From Massalongia carnosa (lineage: Eukaryota): a DNA stretch of 64,000 nucleotides. Position numbers and translations under genes: made by a program. Under the pieces are notes generated by a model. It was not told the origin of the DNA, ran no database searches, and saw nothing but the letters and a program-made list of their open reading frames with translations. This document shows, in pieces, positions 48,652 through 61,275 of this stretch; the stretch's first letter is position 1, and each line of letters opens with the position of its first letter. The stretch is from assembly GCA_965645245.1 (NCBI GenBank), contig OZ287080.1:372001-436000 (forward strand), read 5' to 3'.

Positions 48652-50237
48652 GATAGGATTTCCAGAACCTAATTATGATGAAAAAAGAATGTGCGAGCTG
48701 GATTTTAAAACGATGCAGTGATCCGGCACTGGCACTGATGAAAGCTATGGATTGAAAGAATGATAAGGAAGGTTGGCATTTGAAGCTGGTGGATGCTTCC
48801 AGTGCACTGAAGAGGTGCGGATATAACGAATGAAGCCGGTAATAGTAACGAATGGCTAGGAGTAACCATTCACCGTTCCGATAATAGCAGAACAGGCTCT
48901 CCACCGATGAACTTCTTCCGAGATAGAAAATTGGTCTAAAGTACTGGTGATGAAGGTAGAATGGAAACGATAGAATTAGGATCACGGGCTTACGAGAGGA
49001 TTTGTGAAGTGCAGAGAAATGAATGACGGAATTGAAGTTCACCGGATATTACAACGGTCTTTCTGACGCCTTGCCCTTGGCCTTCATTGTGGAGATCTTT
49101 TTGCTTGGGCAAGGTATCTACCTATATTAAGGAAAGGGGAATGGAACCCGCAGTCGAGTTCCCGATGCGCATGTTTAGTGAAGGTATGCTGCGCATAGTC
49201 TCATGGCTATGGCCATGGCCATGGCCGTGGTGCTTCCAGCATGGCTATCTGGTGGCCAGGAGTGAAAGTGGAAAACCGACGACGAACGTTGGAATGAACC
49301 AATCATTTCCTTTAGGAAAGAAGGGAGAAGGAATGGACGTTGATGGAGAGGCGGTTTAGCGGCTTTGCTTGGCGAGAAACTCCACGTCACAGAATGGAAT
49401 GAACGAAACCAAAACCCGAAACAAGCGGCAATTCGCTCCTTGACCACATCATCACCTCCAACCTTGCCTTGCGACCCATCACCGGCCCTGTCTTCCCCCA
49501 GACATGAAACAATCAGGTTCTTCACGTGGAAGACGATGATACAGTGCGCTATGGAACTGCTATGCTGATTGGTCTTGGGTATGCAAGTCATCCGTTTCCA
49601 AAGTCGCGGCTTCTAATGAAGGAACAAGGCGCTTGAGGGTTGGCTGAATCTAAACTAAAGAGCTCCCAGCTTGATGCTAGTCTGTATGTATCTCGGAGGT
49701 AGTTAACAGGTTAGATGCATAGGTACCTATATTTAAATTAATAATCACATGGCTTGATGCCCGTTCGAACCTTCCAGTGAAATCATCGCGCAAGATGAGT
49801 TCAGCGGTTAGAGAATGCAAATATCAACGCTTTTTATTCGTTTCGTGGATTGATAGCACGCCTAATTCTCTTCAATGATAGGCAAGCCATGAGCAGAGTT
49901 CTACAAAACACTCATTCTATGGCTAACTCTACAACGCTGGGTTGATTTTCGATCAAAAGAGACGGCACGAGTAGGAACCCACCGAAATCTGTTTCTGGGC
50001 CCTATGCGAATGTCAACTGCGTCTTCATGTATCTTTATGGAGGGAAGTATCTTAAACCATGTGCATCCGGCAAACCAGCATTTGTTAACAATGACTTTGT
50101 ATTTCTCATCGTAGCACTATGTTCGAGTCAATGGTTCTTTGAACTTCAATAATTAAATCAATAATCTGCCATTCTGCCTTCATCATCAATCACTGCTATA
50201 CCATAGATATATATCAACTGCACAGGATAAGGGGAAA

Positions 50238-51725
50238 ATGACTACACTCGAACAATCAAACGCGCTCTCGAGAGCGCACAGCGAAAGGAGGAAAGGTTTG
50301 CACGTAAAGATCAAGGAGTATCTTGATCGAGTGGGCACCGTTGGTGACCCGGAGGCGTTGCAGTTGCTGAGAAACTCAGCGGAAATTTTGCAAGCGCAAA
50401 ATCTAGTCGATGACAAAGTTGCAGAAACTCCCAACAACATAGGTGACACATTACAGGCAATCCAACAATCATTGACACGCATAGAGCGCAATGAGACCAC
50501 TCCTCGCAGCTATGCCGCTGCTGCCACAGGGCAAGGCCGAGATGAGCCCGCACCCCCAAAGAACCAAAACATCAAGCCTCAACAGGCCCGCAAAGAACAA
50601 GCACCCACACCAAGAGAAGCGCGACGTGCCGGGGAAATCACCGTTCACATCACGGAGGATGCGGATAAGGAAAAAATGAAGCTAATGCCAACCAAGGAGT
50701 TGGTAGAAACACTACAAAATGGAGCTGAAGGAATAAGGGGAGTGTCGCGTTTGTTAAACGGCGACATCAGGATTCACGCAGAGTCATTGGAAGCAAAGAA
50801 GACCCTGCAGGAGAAGACCGATTGGACCCGCATGGTGGCCGCCTCAGCTGCGGTGCACACCCGCACCTTCACCGTAAGAGCGAATGGAATCAGGGTGGAA
50901 AACATCAAAGTGGCCAATCAATCAACAGCCATCACCTACCTTCAGGCCGCTAACGCACGCCTGCACCCTAACTTGAAGATCGTTAAAGTAGCCTGGTCAA
51001 TCAAGGCCATCAGAGAGAAAAAAGCGTACTCGACGCTTCATATACAGGTCGCCACCGCCGAGATGGCTAACCGGCTCATCACCGAGGGCCTAATGGAAAG
51101 CTACGAAATAAAGGACTGCGAGCGCTTTACACGTGGTTGCACCATGACTCAATGCTTCAACTGCCAAAAATACGGACACATCGGTAGATCATGCCGCAAT
51201 CCCGCCGCCTGTGGTCACTGCGCCGGTGGATATCAAAGCAAAGAATGCAATCTGGAGACAACGGGGCAATACCGCTGTTGCGTCGTATGCGGAGAGAAGG
51301 GACACGAAGCATGGTCTACAGCATGCAAAGTCCGAAAAGCTGAAAAGCGAAAAACTGAAATAGCAATGCAAAACCGCGCCCCCCTCTATGCAATCGAATT
51401 ACAACCGCCCTCATTTCAATTTCAACTTCAACGAGAGTCAACACCCACAGTCACACAAACGGACGAAATTCTGTCAACGTGGAAGATAGTAAACGGCAAG
51501 AGAAGAAAAATACACAACGCTACGCCCTCATCCGGCACACCCCCGGGCCCTCATTGGGGAGACGACGCACCCACCTGGGCTAATATAGGCATCTTGAATC
51601 CTGAAAATATGGTAAAGGCCTTAGCAAAACCAGTGCTGGGTAGGCCTCGTGCAGATTCCGTAGCATTAACGGCAGGAACTCAGTTCACATCGAACACAGC
51701 GGCCGAAACGATGGAAATCCTATGA
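50238..51725 (+). CDS. LINE ORF1 gag-like protein with Cys-His zinc knuckles
   Basis: QCFNCQKYGHIGRSC, CGHCAGGY...C, CVVCGEKGH...C; intact 495 aa. Confidence 0.9.
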   Translation: MTTLEQSNALSRAHSERRKGLHVKIKEYLDRVGTVGDPEALQLLRNSAEILQAQNLVDDKVAETPNNIGDTLQAIQQSLTRIERNETTPRSYAAAATGQGRDEPAPPKNQNIKPQQARKEQAPTPREARRAGEITVHITEDADKEKMKLMPTKELVETLQNGAEGIRGVSRLLNGDIRIHAESLEAKKTLQEKTDWTRMVAASAAVHTRTFTVRANGIRVENIKVANQSTAITYLQAANARLHPNLKIVKVAWSIKAIREKKAYSTLHIQVATAEMANRLITEGLMESYEIKDCERFTRGCTMTQCFNCQKYGHIGRSCRNPAACGHCAGGYQSKECNLETTGQYRCCVVCGEKGHEAWSTACKVRKAEKRKTEIAMQNRAPLYAIELQPPSFQFQLQRESTPTVTQTDEILSTWKIVNGKRRKIHNATPSSGTPPGPHWGDDAPTWANIGILNPENMVKALAKPVLGRPRADSVALTAGTQFTSNTAAETMEIL

Positions 51726-54700
51726 GGGACACAAAATCCCTCTCTATATTGCAGTATAATGTCAGAAATGACAGAGTGAGTACTATGATACCCCTCTTAG
51801 CAGACGCAAACACCCAGGACTATGATATTATTGCAATACAGGAACCGTGGCGCAATCCATCCGCCCCCACATCGCTTAGTTCTCATCAAAGCGGCTTTCA
51901 CCTCCTATACCGCCCAGGAGGTGACACCAGAGTGTGCTTTTATGTCAACGACCTAATAGACACTGACAGCTGGGAGGTGGAATTCACCTCGGCCGACATG
52001 TGCACTTTGAAAATAAAGACCTACCCCGAAGGCGTTTTGGAAACAATTCACGTCCATAATGTGTATAACCCCTCTCCCGCCTCCTATTCATCCACTGACA
52101 TTCCCACGACCTTACCGGCGGCTCGGAGCATGCTTACCGCCGATGCGCATCACATACTACTTGGAGATTTCAACCTGCATCATCCCTTTTGGAATGGTCC
52201 CTCAAGACCCACACAACACGCTGCTGCTGATCAATTACTAGAAATAATCGATGACCATAATCTTTCGTTGACACTGCCGAAAGGCACCGTAACATGGGAA
52301 GCAAGAAACACGTCTAGCACGATAGATTTGGTTTTCATGTCAGAATATCTAGTCGAAAGACTCGAACACTGCATGTCCAGACCAGAATTGAATCAATCGT
52401 CCGATCACGTACCGATATCAACCCGCATCCTACTCGGAAGCGAGCCGCAACCGAAAATCAAACGCAGAGCATGGAAACTTCTAAACCTGGAAAAATTAAG
52501 GGAGGCCGAACGACACGCCCCTATACCAGAGTCTCCCCGCACCACTGCCGAGATTGATGCGTACACGGAATCGATTCAAAAATTTCTACAAAATGTCATC
52601 AACGAAGCAGTTCCATGGGCAAAATCTAGCGAATATGCTAAGCTATTCTGGACAGAAGAATGCAGCATTGCCACCAAAGCAACAAGGAAACTACTCCGCA
52701 TATGGTCCAGCACGTTAGACCTAACGGACTGGTCTAACTATATGAAATCCAATGATAAAAAACAGAAAATCATTCAAAAGGCAAAGAGAACAAACTTTCG
52801 TCAAGAAATCAGTAAGGCCATCGAAACGCCTCAGGGACTATGGCGGCTAGCGAAATGGGCCAAAGACAAAAGTCATCTATCTAGAGAAGTATCCAAAATG
52901 CCGATGCTAAAATTCAATGACCAAGTAGCAGACACGTTTGACCAAAAAGCCGAAATGCTGAAAGGTGTCTTCTTTCCCGCACAACCACCGGCCGACCTAA
53001 GCGACATAGAAGGATCCTTCTATCCTACATCGCCGCACTGCCCAATAATTATCACCAAGTCAGAAGTATCGACGGCCCTGAGTCGGCTCAAGTCCGATAA
53101 GGTACCGGGCCCAGACGGCATATCTAACAGAATACTCAAAGCATGCAGCGAAAAACTTGTCGAACTACTAACACCTCTGTTTCAGGCATGCGTCACACAC
53201 TCGTACCACCCGCGGGCTTTCAAAATGGCAAACACAATAGCGCTGAAAAAAATAGGCAAAGGAGACTATACCACGCCGAAAGCCTACCGACCAATTGCAC
53301 TGCTCAACACGCTCAGTAAGGTTATGGAATCCATCATTGGATCGAAAATAACCTATCTAGCGGAAACACACCGGCTCCTACCCAACACACAGATGGGAGC
53401 AAGGAAGGGCAGATCCACAGAGTCAGCACTGGAACTGCTAACTGAACAGGTTCACACGATTTGGGGACAGGGAAAAGACAAAGTAGCCACACTGCTAAGC
53501 ATGGACGTCGCCGGCGCGTTCGATACGGTATCACATCAACGACTAACGCACAACCTACGGAAAAGAAAATTTCCAAAATGGATCACCGACTGGTTAAACA
53601 GCTTTCTGAGCGATCGAAGCACCACTTTAGCAATAAATCGAAAAGTCACCGGGCGGTTTGCGGTAAGAACGGGTATCCCGCAGGGCTCTCCCCTGTCATC
53701 CATTCTTTACCTATTTTACAATGCAGATCTATTGGAAATATGTGATCGACCAGGCAAAAACACAAGTGCCATAGGATTCGTAGACGATGCAAACATTTTG
53801 GCATATGGAAAAAGCACCGAGGAAAACTGCAAAACTCTAGAGGCAATACACAGACAATGTGAGACGTGGGCTTCCCGGCACGGATCCGTATTTGCTCCGA
53901 CGAAGTACGAACTCATACACTTGTCCAGAAACCCCAAAAGATTCAACATGACTGCATCTATCAATATTGCTAGCACCGAAATTGAACCAAAAACGGACAT
54001 CAGAGTATTGGGCCTACAAATCGACACCAAATTGAAATGGGGACCGCACGTTCGCAAAACGCAAGAGAAAATGGTCAAACAATCCATGGCATTGACAAAA
54101 ATTTCCACATCAACCTGGGTGCCACCTTCGCCAAGGCAAGGCAAGTTTACAGTGCCGTGGTGCGTCCGGCCATGACATATGGGTCAACCGTATGACACAT
54201 GCCCAAGGAAGTCAAAAAGTCAAAAACGTCAACAAGCAAGCTCTCCGTCATGCAAAACAATTGCCTTCGCACCATAGCCGGTGCCTTTAAAGCCACTCCC
54301 ATCTCAGTACTAGAACCAGAGACATTCATAGCGCCCATAGACACGCATCTCGACATGCTACAAGCACAGGCAAGGCACCGGCTCCGAGCCGGAGGCCAAT
54401 TGAAGATCATCTCCTCCGCATGCAACAAAATAGCTGAAAAACTTCGAGGCAAGGCAGGTCGCAAACGACTTCAAAAGCCCACCCCGGGAGAGCTGAAACA
54501 CATCTGGGCCAAAAGCCTACTGATCGACTCAAAAATAGTTCAACCACCAAAGGCACACCCACCATGGTTCGAAGTCTACCCGGCGTGGCACCGCGAAGCT
54601 ACCGTTGCGGCAACGGCCCGACACAAGCAGATGCAAACAATTAAAGCACGACAAATGAAGGTCTGGAACGACTCGTGGTGCGCATATCAAAATCGCGTCA

Positions 54701-55086
54701 TCGAACCCTCCATAGCACAATCAGTCCCACTGAACAAAAAACGGCTGAAAATACACACGCAACTAAAAAAGGCAGAAAGCGCTCTAACAACACAAATCCG
54801 CACTGGCAAAATCGGGTTAGCTGACTTCCTCTACAAGCAACGGGTGCCCTCCGTCACCTCACCGGCCTGCTCATGTGGCTGGCACAGACAAACTCCAGAA
54901 CATGTAATCATGTTCTGCAGACTTATTGGCAATAGAGAACAGATGCTTCGCGCCGCCGGCACGAGCGACTATCAGCAGCTGACCGAATCATCAAAAACTC
55001 TGAAGATACTAACTGCTTGGCTAATGAAAACAGGCTTATTGAATCAGTTCTCACTAGCATCAACATTATTGTACAATCAACAGTAG
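51722..55086 (+). pseudogene. LINE ORF2 (AP endonuclease, reverse transcriptase, C-terminal CCHC) with one frameshift and one nonsense codon
   Basis: ILQYNV, IAIQEPW, LGDFNLHH, SDH; PGPDGI, YRPIALLN, GIPQGSPLS, FVDD; 1-nt loss near 54118; TGA at 54193-54195 at a Trp position; CSCG...HVIMFC. Confidence 0.92.
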
Positions 55087-57790
55087 TTGAACCTTTATTT
55101 CTTTCTTCTCTTTTCACAAGGCATTACAGTTCCCACACGTCTTTTGCACTGCGTCTCCCGCCCGACGTCGACCTGTAGTCACATCGGACGGGTATCATGG
55201 GATATGGTTTTTACACCTGTGAAAGGTTTTCCATGTAACATAACTTAGATAGCTTTGCCCGCATGGGCCGGCCTACGGCCGGTGTCATATCGGAGTATGA
55301 ATACATCATCATGTTCGAGTCGATGGAGCTCCATGTCTAAACACTATATCCAAGTTGGCAAACAATGAATTGAAAAATCCGTCGAAGTTGGGGATCTCTA
55401 CATTCAAGTCGACATTCTCAGACCATTGATTGAAGACTGCATCGGACTTGACAATTGAGAAATTAGTGGACCAGTATCACAACTCGAAGGAGCTATCTTA
55501 GAAAGTAGTTTAGATGCCTTCACGCAGGCTTCTAGATTTCCACGTCAACACGTTGCAGTGGCTACGTATGTGAAGAAAAACACACTGCGGTGGTAGATTG
55601 AAAACTTTATTAAGGCATCGCTGGTCTGATTAAAGAGCTGGTAGGCAAGAAAACAACATAGTTATTGAAGGGTTCGCGAATAAGAATTTTTCACCTCAAG
55701 CCGTGAACAGCTCAGGATAATAAAGCAATAAGGACTCCAGGTAACTACATTCTTGTACAGCCGGTGATTGATTCCAGGTTTTTTCAGACCAGCTCTTGAG
55801 GGCTGAAATCCAAAGGACTTCGGTCGATTTGCTAGAAGGGTTTCAAAACCTTGGACTAACGCTGGCGAGATTGTGATTTTCTGGTTCCTAGCGTAAATGA
55901 TAACGACTTGGGAAGTTTTCGATTATTTGCAAAAATATCGGTTGACGACATCAAGGAAAGCCTTCTAGAGAACCAATTGCCTAATTAGTATCTTACAACC
56001 ATCCTCCAACAAACATAGGGCTGTCATACCTTTTCATAATCAGAATATATTGCGTTGTCTTTCAGTACCTCCGAGCATAGAAACATTGTGTTAATGAGGA
56101 GCAAATACGGTAAGAACACAAGATGAAGTTCGAATCCGCTGATTCTAAAGCTCCCTTTTCCATGGTTTGTTATTAAGAGGGGGGCTTCTTGGACTACTGT
56201 TTTTGATTCCAAACCTAGATTTTCCGTGACATGCCAATGAAACTGAGGTTTTTTGGAAAAACCCGCAGACTTTAAATCCCTTCTTTCCTTAACGTGTTAA
56301 AGGATCAGGGAGACTTTGCATTGGCGGCTGAAGTATTATCAATCATTTGTCAATCATTTCGACGAAGACGAAGCACAGCGATCCTTACTGAAACGCCGAT
56401 AGATGGACAGTCTTTTGTCGATCGGTTCTTGTTGTATAACCTTGCTATCGCTACGCAATATGACTAAGCGCATGATTATTGCTTCCTTACGAAATGTGTT
56501 AATGATGGCTTAAATATCTCAAGGCCCGTTACTTCAACTGGAAGAACTATGTGATCCCCGAGATGCACCCTTCGAATGATAGGTAGGAAATCCTAGAAGG
56601 AAATTATTGTGGACTTTTTCCAGGTCATGAATGCCAGTATGACTTCTTTTGCTAGTGGGCCTGGCGCCAAGTTAGGGGTTTCGGGATGGTGGTGGGGTGA
56701 TGATGCTTGGGCTGGGCCTGGAGTGTAGGTATATTGGTCAAGGGTGTGCAGGAGAGGTTATTTATTTATCAAATAGGTATCCACTTTTGAGAGAATTTAG
56801 GATCGATTTAAATTATGTTTTAAAAAAAAAACAACACCCCTTGTTTCCCGCTTGAAGTGTAGAAATGCTAACGAATCCGGAATTTATTACTAATTAAAGC
56901 TACCAAGAAGGAAAACAGTAGTTGCGTCCCTGCCCCAACGCGGAGTAAACAGGGCGAGTGATGAGGATAGGATAGAAACGGCGGATGGAGGTTCTCCAAG
57001 GGGAAAATAAAGAAATAAGCAAATTTGATGTCGAAAATCAGACAGGTAAGGAAGGAGTAGAATGCGGATTTACGATTGCTCATGCATCACAGCAGTTTTT
57101 CTTGTTTTTTTTTATAAAAAATTTATTTTATCTTCAAACGTTTTCTCTGTAGGTGATATCATCAACCCGTGAACCTCTCCCTATGTAGCACACCGTTTCC
57201 TAGACACAAGCCTTGGCCGATTGAAATCAAACCTTCCCCTCATGCCAGCCTAAACTGTGCATGATTGATTAAACCGGTCCACATGTAAATAAATCTAGAG
57301 GGCTTCTCGGGCATGCTCTTTAATAACCAAAACGAAGCCTTTTGTAAGAAAACGCATGGATAAAAACTACAGTCTTGTAAAACCGGGGCATTTCTTGCCT
57401 AGACCAATTAGCGGGAGGTGGGTTTCAGGCGGTCTGATAGGTTGTTATCTATCAGGAAAGGTCATTTGATTCGTTGAGTGCACGGAGTTTCTAAGAGATA
57501 GGCGAAAGATAAAAGACGATCCATCTGCTCACTTCATCTAGGACCGCACCCTTTTTGTAGAGGCCATTATTTCACTTAAGTTACATAGAGAGATGATGGA
57601 GGAGCGTGAAATTGCTGCATGAAAGTTAGCGTTGAAGAGAAATTTATTTCTGTTCCCACTAACTGAATTAGTTAAGTTACATACAGGGTACTCTAGCTTC
57701 TGTAACAAACCAGGCTATCGGATCACAACCCTAAGCGCCGAGAAATTTCTCTTTCTACAACGTCATAAACCGTCCTATCGATTCCCCGAG

Positions 57791-58330
57791 ATGGCCAGCG
57801 AGACAAACCGTGTTCACTTGACGGATACGAAATCCAAGGTTCGGTCAAAGCTAGGTGTGCAGTATCCGGAAAAGGATGAAGAATGGGCAAAATTCGAAGT
57901 AACTACTGCTTGCTACTACTGCTTGGTTCCCTTCACCCGAGTAAACTAAGACATGCGTTGACCCTTTAGCGACGAGCCGAGATTATATACAGGTTCAAAT
58001 GCCGGTTTGATCCTAAATCCTCATGGGGAGAGATGGGGTCGGCGAGAAATACAGCACAGGCTATGATTGTAGACGAATGCAAGGATTTGAGCTTGGGAGA
58101 CATGCAGGTTCTTGCGGAGTGGAAGTTGTATCAAGTGCATAAAACCGCTGGGAAGACGGATAAGAATCGAAGGCTCAAACGAAGTAGCATTGGTAGGCAG
58201 GCACTCATCGCTGTCTGACGACTGATCACGAGCTAGGTAATAACTTTTGTCATCAGCTGCCGGATCCTCGATGAACAATTCTGGCCCCTCGGCCTCAATA
58301 CCGGAATCAGGGCCATCGGTGATCTATGAC
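57791..58330 (+). CDS. Possible small hypothetical protein (intron-containing)
   Basis: MASETNRVHL...EEWAKFE followed by a GTAACT donor-like site and a coding-like downstream ORF; no recognisable domain; end uncertain. Confidence 0.25.
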
Positions 58331-58894
58331 CCGGTAAGAGATATGACACGGGTGATTGAGTAAAGTGTATGGACCGCCATATCCTGTGATTTAGGCTATA
58401 GCTATCAATAGGTATTAATTATTGCGCGCTGCTTCTGCCGTTACAGTTTGCGTCAAAGATCCCTCTGCCTACATAATCCTTGATGCTGGATCAGCATGTC
58501 CTTGATAAGCCTTTCGAGATATCGATAAATAAACACTTGGAAGTTTTCAAGGTGCCGAAGGTCTGCTAACTTTGAATAAGAATGAGTATACCCATGCATC
58601 TAGATAAGTACTGTAGGTACGGAGTATAGGTAGATTTAAATGTCCAGCAAGAAGTCTCTTTCATATAATTTGATAGGGACAAACCCAAGTTGTTGGGAAA
58701 TCTATAGCGAGGTATCTATCACACGGTAGACAAGTGTTGCCAAGGAGGCACGACTTGCAAAGGGTAGCTCCATCTCGAAGCGTCAAAATATCAACCAACA
58801 CTTTGGTAGGGCGTTATTCCTAATTTGGGTTTCAATGTTTGGAGTCGTACGAGGCCTCCGGTCGCAAAATTGATCGCAAATTTTATCATTTTCG

Positions 58895-60358
58895 TCAGTT
58901 TGGGGGAATGCGAAGAGCACATATCGGTTGCACAACAGGCTGTTGCATCCGTTGAATCACCTTTCCTAATCGCTCAATGCCTTCGGACAGCATGTTTTCG
59001 CTCTCATACGAGAAACATACTCTGATACCACCATCGAGACCTTGTCCCTTGATATCGCCATGAACTCCAAAGAGCGATCCTTGCGCGACAGTGAGCATCT
59101 CTTCTTCTTGGGCCCGCGAAGCAACATGGTCTGCATGCAGTCCAGGAGGCAACAGCAGCCATATAAAGTATCCACCAACAATATCCCGATCTACTTGCGG
59201 TAACTTGACGCCTAGAGGGAGGAGATATTGGTGTATGGCAGAGATCATAATTCGATATCGGCGTTCGTATGCGGGCTGTAAGATGTGGGATATATGCGTT
59301 TGGAATTCGCCCGATTCCATGAGACAAGCCATAATGGTTGCTGTGAACTGCGATGGAGCTCCACCGGATTTTGTTGATCCTCTGTGATCTAGTTTTAGCG
59401 TCGACGGCCCCAATCGCAGGAGCGCCATCTTACCCCTGTGATAGCCCATATGCAAATTTATCTGTGCCTTCAATCCAACCTGTTCGACAGCCCGGACCCA
59501 CAATCTTGCTGAAGGTACCATTGCTAACGGAGTTACCAAAACCATCAGCGCCATTCCTTCCCGTCCCACCTTCAAAATATCTATCAATATCGACAATGCG
59601 AGGTGTTCCCGCGTATTCGAGGCTGAACTGAGAGGTACCGGGTCTATCGGGCCATTGAAGCTGATCATATACATCATCGGTGATGATCAAAGCATCATGC
59701 GCTCGAGCAACAGCAACTAGCTGCTGACGTCGCTGTCGACTCATGGTTTTTGAAGATGGGTTGGAGAACGTGGGAACAGCGTAGATGAGATGACGGTATA
59801 TTTTGGCCCATGGTCGCAGCAATTTAAATGTCTATCGCGCTTTTAATGGACATCATGAGGATATCGTGACCAATGGTCACGCCGTGCTTCTCATACCGGC
59901 TCTGTGTTTCCTTCCTCACTCACTTTCTCGTCGAATTTTCGCAAAGCTTCCCTTAAATAGCCAATATCAAGTCCTTCCTCATCTTCCGGAACAGCCCGTA
60001 GATCATGAAAGCCACTGTCCTGAAATATCCTGCAGGCAAGAAAGTATGTTGGAGATACCATCCACGCCTTGCTGTATCCCGGATCTGAAAAGACTTGTAG
60101 AATGCGAGCGAGGTTTTGAGACGCTCCACCTGAAATGCATATTCGCGACGGCTTAATCGGTTCTGGTGGTCGATAGAAGTGCGTTAGCCAGCTTGACAGT
60201 TGGGTTCGCAGGGGCTCATATCCCAGGTCAGGCCCATAAGAAAGGCCTTGGTGGGCTATCTCCAAATCTGACAGGGCCCTATCGGAAGCTTTCCTTATTT
60301 GGGCTACAGGGAGCAAATCTGGATGCGGGTGGCCACGTAGCAGATTGATCAAAGCCAT
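58895..60358 (-). CDS. PLP-dependent aminotransferase class I/II (YER152C/MocR-like); exons 60358-59897, 59831-59434, 59381-58895
   Basis: INLLRGHP, YGPDLG, ISGGASQNL, PTYFLA, YAVPTFSNPS, ITDDVYD, PLP lysine in TFSKIVGPGCRTGW, GGYFIWL; introns join in frame. Confidence 0.92.
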
Positions 60359-61275
60359 CGACGGGACCTGCATAGCAAAGGGGCAGGGCAGAGTGTAACC
60401 AGGGCCTAAAAGAGACGCTCAGGCTACGTTAGTGATGTTTCACCGAGCTTTGCGCAAGAAAAATCGTAGAAGTGTTCCCATATTCCGTGGAATCAGGTGG
60501 TGTAAGTTGAAGAGCTACCTTGACTTGCACTTCTATTGGGTATATAGAGAGAGTGAGAGAGAGAGGGAGGGACGAGAGGAAACAGTCACTACGCTGTGCT
60601 CCGTACTTCCTGGACTCCTCCCGGATGACGCCATCTCCAGCCCCTATAGGTCCCTAATCTAGGTACATAATTATAACTCCTCAGGTATCTCCATTGTATC
60701 TCCTTTGTGGATCCCACCTCCTAGTTAGGTCTCAGCCTCAGCGCATTTCATTTCCTTATGCTTTATTTCAGAGACCAACGTGAAATCCTTCCAAGCCGAA
60801 TGGATATGAGTGGATAATGGCTTACACACTATCTTCGTTCCCAACCGATGATCGCCTTGCGGCTTCGGCATGGATAGGGCAAATGTCCGTCGCAAATTTT
60901 TCCTCTGCACAACGTCCTGTGCAGAACACGCGGTACTAGTTACAGAGTACCCTCTACAAAGTACAGAGTACCGTTAATAACGATGAACCATCGTTTCGTG
61001 CCTCACGTCACCTGCTTCTTCTGATTCATCTTGTTTCCGTTTGCTGCACCTTGTGTGCTCCTTGTGCTGTCAGGCAAATGTTGATTGATTTCTCAGCCTC
61101 CGGATTATGACCTGCTCTTAAAAGACCGACCTGATTGACAAGACTCACGCTCAATCCGACACGAACCCTACAACCCCCCACCTGAGCTTCTTGCCAAGGC
61201 ATAGCTTGCATACTACATACTACCTGTGCCCGACGTATACATACCGATAGAGCATTCCCTACAACTCGCTCGCCG

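Larger units (their letters stand above)
50135..55310 (+). mobile_element. Full-length Tad1-like LINE (non-LTR retrotransposon)
   Basis: 16-bp TSD ATGTTCGAGTC(A/G)ATGG at 50119-50134 and 55311-55326; ORF1 plus ORF2; short (CAT)n tail. Confidence 0.95.

Noticed and set aside
55330..57600. Coding relic downstream of the LINE
   Set aside because: No sustained frame or identifiable motif.
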